NCBI GenBank assembly: GCA_902470125.1
Contig: CABRFD010000005.1
Coordinates: forward strand, 39,999 to 103,998
Direction of reading: 5' to 3'
Origin: an uncultured Collinsella sp.
GTDB taxonomy: Bacteria; Actinomycetota; Coriobacteriia; Coriobacteriales; Coriobacteriaceae
DNA: 64,000 nt
The notes beneath the pieces were generated by a model. That model saw only the letters and a list, made by a program, of their open reading frames with translations. It was not told where the DNA came from and made no database searches. Shown in pieces: positions 58,379 through 64,000 of this stretch. Position 1 is the first letter of the stretch. Each line of letters starts with the position of its first letter. The position numbers and the translations under genes are program-made.

Positions 58379-59888
58379 GGTAATCCCTTCGTACGCGCGG
58401 TCCCTGATCGTCGGTGCGCAGACGCGCCGACGGGTCCGAATTCAAATTGATTCGATTATATCCGCCACCCGAGCTTCGGGAGTTCGGGCGTTGGGGACGC
58501 CCCTGCGGAGCCGTTCGTGGACGCGGACGAGCCGCCGGCTCGGTCGCAGAGCCATCCAAGACGGTAAAACCGTTGCGCGAAGGGCGATCGCCGCGCACAT
58601 GGGGCACGCCGGCGGTACTCTCGTCCATAACGGCAAAGCTCTCGCGGCGACGGTCGTACTCATCACGACGGGCGCTCTCGTGCGAGACGCGCAAGATCAG
58701 CCCGGCAAGCATAAGCGATACGATAATCGACGAGCCGCCGTAGCTAATAAACGGCAGCGGCTTGCCCGTCATGGGAAACACGTTGAGGATGCCCAGCGCA
58801 TTGATCAAAAACTGCACCGCAAGGATGACCGCGGAACCCGATGCCATAAGTGCTCCGCGACGGTCGGTCGCCTGCTCGGCAATGCGAAACGCCGAGTAGA
58901 TCAGCATCGCAAACACCAAGAAGAACAGTACGGTTCCGATAAAGCCAACTTCCTCGCCGATAATAGCCAAGATGTAGTCGTTATGCGCCTCGGGCAAATA
59001 CGAGTACTTCATGGTGGAGTTGCCGATACCGCGACCGAACAGGCCGCCCGAGGCAAACGCCATAATGGCAAGCGTGGCCTGATAGCCATCGCCATACTCG
59101 TCGGCCCAAGGGTTCCAAGCAACCTGGACACGCGTCATACGATACGGCTCGGCGATAAGGGCGATCGCAACGACGGCGATGCCGGCAACGACCGTCCAAA
59201 CGATATATTTAGGGTCCAATCCCGCAAACAACGCCATGCACATGAGGGTCAACAAAATGATCAGAACGGTGCCAAAATCGGGCTGAATAAAGATCATAAA
59301 GAGCGAAATACCCAGGTAGGCGCCCATCTTGCGAAGAAACTCGTTGATGTTGCCGCCGGGCGAAAAGATGCGGTCGAGCATGATTGCCGAATACGCGATG
59401 GCGAACGGCTTTAAAAACTCAGACGGCTGGAACTGAATACCGGCGATGTTGAGCCAACGCGTGGCGCCACGACTGCCGCTGCCCATAAAGAACACCAGAA
59501 GCAGTAGCCCTATCATGCCCATGAGGAAGATCCTAAGTACATCTTCCCCAAACCAGCTATCCGGCAAGACGCGAACGATCGCAACCATGGCAAGCACGCC
59601 AACCCCGGCAAATATAGCCTGTCGAACCAGGAAAAACGTCGCAGACCCGTTCTCGTGCAGCGCCTCGACCGAAGATGCCGAGTACACCATCAGCAAGCCG
59701 AAGCACACCAAGGTAAACAGGCAGGCCATAAATATCAAACGGGGACGCATGATGCGGGCGGGGACGCCGGCAATATAGCGCTCACCGAACGTCTGCCCGC
59801 CGCGTCCGGAACGCGGCGTGCTACGCAGCGAGGAAGCACGGTCCGAGTCGGGCCTCCTCATACCTTGTCGGGGGCTCTCCTCTCTCAC
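58368..59888 (-). CDS. ftsW: SEDS protein FtsW
   Basis: GLLMVYSAS, GATRWL, FQPSEF.K, QPDFG, LPEAHNDYI, PFISYGGSS. Confidence 0.95.
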   Translation of the reverse strand: MREESPRQGMRRPDSDRASSLRSTPRSGRGGQTFGERYIAGVPARIMRPRLIFMACLFTLVCFGLLMVYSASSVEALHENGSATFFLVRQAIFAGVGVLAMVAIVRVLPDSWFGEDVLRIFLMGMIGLLLLVFFMGSGSRGATRWLNIAGIQFQPSEFLKPFAIAYSAIMLDRIFSPGGNINEFLRKMGAYLGISLFMIFIQPDFGTVLIILLTLMCMALFAGLDPKYIVWTVVAGIAVVAIALIAEPYRMTRVQVAWNPWADEYGDGYQATLAIMAFASGGLFGRGIGNSTMKYSYLPEAHNDYILAIIGEEVGFIGTVLFFLVFAMLIYSAFRIAEQATDRRGALMASGSAVILAVQFLINALGILNVFPMTGKPLPFISYGGSSIIVSLMLAGLILRVSHESARRDEYDRRRESFAVMDESTAGVPHVRGDRPSRNGFTVLDGSATEPAARPRPRTAPQGRPQRPNSRSSGGGYNRINLNSDPSARLRTDDQGPRVRRDYHDR

Positions 59889-59897
59889 CGGCAGCCC

Positions 59898-61304
59898 CTA
59901 TTCCATTTGTGTTTTCGCTGCGGCGGCAAGCTGGGCCACGTAGTCCTTAAACACGCGGCCGCGCTCCTCGTAGCCCGAGAACTCATCGAACGAAGAACAG
60001 GCAGGAGAAAGCAGGATCACGTCGCCTCGGCTCGACAGCGAACGGGCAACGTCGACGGCGTCGCGCAGGTCGTCAGCCTGAGCAATATCAACGTCACCAT
60101 CGACATCGGCCTCGTCCATAGCGGCGGTAAAGCGCTCGCGCGCATCGCCAAAGCAGACGACCGATCGCACGTTGTCCATGACAACGCGGGCAAAGTCCGC
60201 GAGCGGCGTACCCTTATCGTGGCCGCCGAGCAGCAAGATCACGTCGTCGTCGGGAAACGCCGTCAGGGCCTTCTCGACCGCATCGGTGTTCGTCGCCTTG
60301 GAATCGTTGACGTAGCGAACGCCGTCGATCTCGCCGCAGGGCTCCACACGGTGCTCGAGCGGCTGGAACGAGGCCAGGCCGCGGCAGACGCCGTCGACAT
60401 CGGCACCGACGGCCAGGGCAGCCGTGGCAGCGCACAGGGCATTGATGACATTGTGATGTCCGGAGATTTTGAGCTCGGACGTGGCAATGAGCGGGGTCTC
60501 GACGCCCTTCAGACGCACGACCATCTTACCATCGCGCACAAAGGCCGCGTCCTCCCCATCAGGCTCGTCAAAGGCGACCTTGCAGATGCGACGGCCCGGC
60601 GTGTAGATATACTCATCGAACTCATGGATACCGGCGTCCTCGACGTCGATAACCACAAGGTCATCGTCAACCATGTTCTCGAAGAGCTTAATCTTAGCGA
60701 GCGCATAGTTCTTATGGCTCTTGTGCCAGCTCAGATGGTCGGGGGTAATGTTGAGCAGCACCGCCACACGAGGGTGAAGCTCCTGGGTCGTTGCAATCTG
60801 ATAGCTCGAAAGCTCCGCTACAAACCACTCGTTATGCGCGCGGCCATCGATCTCGTTCACCGGAGGCTCACCGATGTTGCCGACAGCAACGCTCGCCTCG
60901 CCCGCTGCCTTAAGCAGGTAGTCGGTCAGCGACGTGGTGGTCGTCTTGCCGTTGGTGCCCGTGATGGCGATCCAATTGTCGGGCGACAGGCGGTAGGCAA
61001 ACTCGGGCTCGCCCATGACCTGGGCAGCATGATCGCGGCCAGCCTTAAAGAATGCCGAGAACTCCGAGATGCCCGGGCATGTCACGCATACGTCGTAGGC
61101 TCCCTCTACCTGCTCAGTGCCATAGACAAACGACGCGCCCATAGCCTCGAGCGCACGCGTGGCGTCATTGGGCTCGGAGGTACCGCCGCCATAGACGGTA
61201 ACGGCACTCACGCGCTCGGGGTGTGTAAGCGCCCAGCGAGCAACATCAAGACCGGACTTACCCTGGCCCAAAACGAGCAGGCTAAAGGAATCTGCAAGAG
61301 GCAT
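59898..61304 (-). CDS. murD: UDP-MurNAc-L-Ala--D-Glu ligase
   Basis: ITGTNGKTTT, ELSSYQ, NITPDHL, NDSKATN, LLSPACSSFD. Confidence 0.97.
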   Translation of the reverse strand: MPLADSFSLLVLGQGKSGLDVARWALTHPERVSAVTVYGGGTSEPNDATRALEAMGASFVYGTEQVEGAYDVCVTCPGISEFSAFFKAGRDHAAQVMGEPEFAYRLSPDNWIAITGTNGKTTTTSLTDYLLKAAGEASVAVGNIGEPPVNEIDGRAHNEWFVAELSSYQIATTQELHPRVAVLLNITPDHLSWHKSHKNYALAKIKLFENMVDDDLVVIDVEDAGIHEFDEYIYTPGRRICKVAFDEPDGEDAAFVRDGKMVVRLKGVETPLIATSELKISGHHNVINALCAATAALAVGADVDGVCRGLASFQPLEHRVEPCGEIDGVRYVNDSKATNTDAVEKALTAFPDDDVILLLGGHDKGTPLADFARVVMDNVRSVVCFGDARERFTAAMDEADVDGDVDIAQADDLRDAVDVARSLSSRGDVILLSPACSSFDEFSGYEERGRVFKDYVAQLAAAAKTQME

Positions 61305-61313
61305 GAAAAACCA

Positions 61314-62333
61314 CTATCCCAACTGGAAGAACAAAGCGAGGCCCAGGGCGCCAAATGCCGCGGCGACAATCCAAAAGCGAATGACAACCTTGGTCTCGGC
61401 CCAGCCCTTCTTTTCGAAATGATGATGAATGGGCGCCATAAGGAAGACGCGCTTATGCGTAAAGTGGAAGTAGACGACCTGAATCATGACCGAGAGGGTC
61501 TCGACGATAAACAGGCCACCGATGATGAGCGAGACGACCTCGGTGTTGGTCATAATGGACGTGCAGGCAAATGCCGCGCCCAGCGCCAGCGAACCGGTAT
61601 CACCCATAAAAATGCTCGCCGGATAGCAGTTGAACCAAAGGAAGCCCAGGCAAGCGCCAGCGCATGCAGTGCAGAAGATAGACAGGTTCACGTCGCCATG
61701 CAAAAACGCCATTGCGGCCATCGCGAGCATGGCGATCATGGAGGTACCGCCAGCAAGGCCGTCCAGGCCATCGGTCAGGTTGACGGCGTTGGAAAGACCG
61801 GCGATCATGAGCCAGCAAAAAACAATGTAGAGCCACGGAAACGAGAAGCCACAGATGGTGGTTGAAAGCACACCCAGGTCAATCGTCAGGCCGCCAGGGA
61901 AACGAATCTCGGGGGCAACGCCGCACCAGTTAACGGCAAGCACGGTAAAGGTAACGCAGATGATGGTCAGGCCGATCATCTTGGCGTGAGGCGTCAGGCC
62001 GAGCGAACGGCCGTGCGTGACAGAAGTCAGGTCATCGATGAGACCAAGAACGCCAGTCGCCAGCGTGGCGAGCAGCACAAGCACGAGCTCGGTGGTGAGC
62101 TTGCCCATCAACAGGCACGTCAGCGAAACGGCGACCAGGATGATGACGCCACCCATGGTGGGCGTGCCTTGCTTAATCAGGTGGCGCTTGGGGCCATCGG
62201 CGCGAACCTGTTGGCCGATACCCTCGACCTTCAGGAGCTTAATCCACCACGGCATGAGCAGCATCGCGATGATAGCGGCGATACCCAATCCCAAAAAGGC
62301 CTGGTACGTAGGATACGAAGGATTGCCGAACAT
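61314..62333 (-). CDS. mraY: Phospho-MurNAc-pentapeptide translocase
   Basis: KQGTPTMGG, SNAVNLTDGLDGL, FMGDTGS, MAPIHHHFE. Confidence 0.98.
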   Translation of the reverse strand: MFGNPSYPTYQAFLGLGIAAIIAMLLMPWWIKLLKVEGIGQQVRADGPKRHLIKQGTPTMGGVIILVAVSLTCLLMGKLTTELVLVLLATLATGVLGLIDDLTSVTHGRSLGLTPHAKMIGLTIICVTFTVLAVNWCGVAPEIRFPGGLTIDLGVLSTTICGFSFPWLYIVFCWLMIAGLSNAVNLTDGLDGLAGGTSMIAMLAMAAMAFLHGDVNLSIFCTACAGACLGFLWFNCYPASIFMGDTGSLALGAAFACTSIMTNTEVVSLIIGGLFIVETLSVMIQVVYFHFTHKRVFLMAPIHHHFEKKGWAETKVVIRFWIVAAAFGALGLALFFQLG

Positions 62334-62336
62334 GGA

Positions 62337-63761
62337 CTAGCACACACCTTCCACAAAGCGATCGAGCTCAACGAAACGGGAACCCTTAACCAGTACGACG
62401 TCGTCCTTTTCGAGCGCGGCGCCCATACGGTCGAGCACCTGCTGATAATCGGCGAATACCTGGATACGGTCCTCGTCCATACCCATCATGCGAGCGGACT
62501 CGGCCATGAGGGCAGCGAGCTCACCGCCAACGCACGCCAGCATATCGAGCTTCTTAGCCGCGGCATAGGCGCCCACAAGCTCGTGCATGCGCGCGGCTTC
62601 GTCGCCCATCTCGCCCATCTCGCCCAAGATTGCCATGCGCGAGCCGTCGCAGATAAGCGAGCACAGCAGATCGAGACCGGCAGCCATAGACTCGGCGCTG
62701 GCGTTATAGGAGTCGTCGATGATGCGCGCACCGCTGGCGGCGTGCTTGATCTCCTGGCGATGACCGGTGATCATCAGCCCCCTAAAGGCGGCATCGATCT
62801 GTTCCGGCGTCACGCCCAGGCGAATGCCGACTGCCGCCGCCTTTACGGCATTGGGGACAGACTGTGCGCCGGGAATGGCAAGCATGGTCTCGATGCGCTC
62901 GCCTGCGCCAAAATCGAGCGTAAAGACCGGACGGCCCTCATCGTCGACGTGAATGTCGCGCGCGCAGACCTCATCATCATCCGAAACACCGGCGAGCATC
63001 ACATTAACGCCCGCGGGCGCGGCAAACGTATCGCGAATGAACGGGGTAAAGTCGTCCTCGCCGCCAAGCACAAGTAGCGGAGAGAAGTCATCGGCGGCGC
63101 GCATACCCTGGACGATCTCGGACTTGGCACGCGCGATATTCTCGCGGCTGCCCAAAATGCCGATATGCGAGGTGCCGATCTTGGTCACGATGGCGAGATT
63201 TGGATTGGCGGAACGGGACAGGCGCTCGATCTCGTGAAAATGGTTCATGCCCATCTCGAGCACCAGGACCTCAGTATCAGCTGGAGCAGAGAGCACCGTG
63301 AGTGGCATGCCGATCAAATTGTTGAAATTGCCTTTGGTAGCCCAGACGCGATAGCGCTTGGAAAGCACCGCGGCGAGCACATCCTTGGTCGTGGTCTTGC
63401 CGATCGAGCCGGTAATACCAATGACCAGACAGCCAAGCTGCGTGCGATAGGCATGCGCCAGGCGCAGCAAAAATTCCTCTGGATCATCCGTCAGCAGGAC
63501 GGCGCAGTCCTTGTCCTGGGCAAGTGAAAGCAAGTCGTCATCGGGCTCGCGGGTAAGCACGACCGCGCCGGCACCCGACTCGATAGCCCGAGGAGCAAAA
63601 TCGTTTCCGTCGACCTTTTCGCCCGGGAAGGCGACAAAAATCGTCCCTTCCTCAACCTGGCGCGAGTCGATAACGCACCCGCGACAAACTCGATCGGTCT
63701 GCTCCGTCACGGTTCGGGCCCCTGTTGCGGCCGCGAGGTTGTTGACGGCGATCTCTATCAT
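62337..63761 (-). CDS. murF: UDP-MurNAc-tripeptide--D-Ala-D-Ala ligase
   Basis: IDSR, ITGSIGKTTTK, NFNNLIGMPLT, LEMGM, DDSYNA, LVKGSR. Confidence 0.97.
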   Translation of the reverse strand: MIEIAVNNLAAATGARTVTEQTDRVCRGCVIDSRQVEEGTIFVAFPGEKVDGNDFAPRAIESGAGAVVLTREPDDDLLSLAQDKDCAVLLTDDPEEFLLRLAHAYRTQLGCLVIGITGSIGKTTTKDVLAAVLSKRYRVWATKGNFNNLIGMPLTVLSAPADTEVLVLEMGMNHFHEIERLSRSANPNLAIVTKIGTSHIGILGSRENIARAKSEIVQGMRAADDFSPLLVLGGEDDFTPFIRDTFAAPAGVNVMLAGVSDDDEVCARDIHVDDEGRPVFTLDFGAGERIETMLAIPGAQSVPNAVKAAAVGIRLGVTPEQIDAAFRGLMITGHRQEIKHAASGARIIDDSYNASAESMAAGLDLLCSLICDGSRMAILGEMGEMGDEAARMHELVGAYAAAKKLDMLACVGGELAALMAESARMMGMDEDRIQVFADYQQVLDRMGAALEKDDVVLVKGSRFVELDRFVEGVC

Positions 63762-64000
63762 TGCAGCTCCCCCATAAACCTAATAATGCTACCGGCGTAT
63801 TGTATCCCAGCGCCACTCATGCGTGGTGCAGGGCATGTGAACACCCTCTAGTTTAAACAATGAACGTACCAAATAGGACAACCCCCCTACTTGGTGCGCG
63901 GGATACCCAAAACATCGAGCGCGTTGGCCATAATGCTCTGAAACGGAACCGCGGCGGCATCCGAGCCGCTCGGCGTGCCGTCGAGCGTGATATAGCACAG

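Noticed and set aside
63789..63998. 69-aa minus-strand ORF at the window end
   Set aside because: No recognisable motif or codon bias; more likely the murF promoter region

Overview
A high-GC chromosomal window from an anaerobic actinobacterium. Gene content, codon style and a dcw cluster without ftsA point to Coriobacteriia, most likely Collinsella; this is inference. It is mostly core or housekeeping DNA, with no transposase, integrase, phage gene or cas gene. In order it holds: a peptide/nickel ABC transporter (partial), a double-cubane-cluster-type reductase, modABC plus Moco genes, a CLC-F-type fluoride exporter, a lipid kinase, an ArfB-like factor, xpt, an MFS transporter, metY, yigZ, rnpB, rpsA, a cysteine-desulfidase-like gene, rpiB, ndk, argH/argG, polA, an M18 aminopeptidase, yaaA, TPP riboswitch-thiC, thiD, an SGNH hydrolase, a PARG-like macrodomain protein, yccA, a small gene with an SOS box, pit-DUF47, a nitroreductase, and a dcw cluster with pstSCAB-phoU inserted between pgeF and yggS. 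The most interesting signals are non-coding or below the ORF cut-off. (1) A 24-codon Arg-rich leader peptide with alternative RNA pairings upstream of argG, a probable arginine attenuator. (2) A 40-bp-periodic array of alternating-orientation 15-bp repeats with unique 25-nt spacers. (3) Several hairpin/REP-like families, with one-sided G/T-skewed flanks next to the long hairpins. (4) A ModB fused to an unknown secreted domain. (5) A yggT gene with no canonical start codon. All assignments come from reading the sequence; no searches were run.
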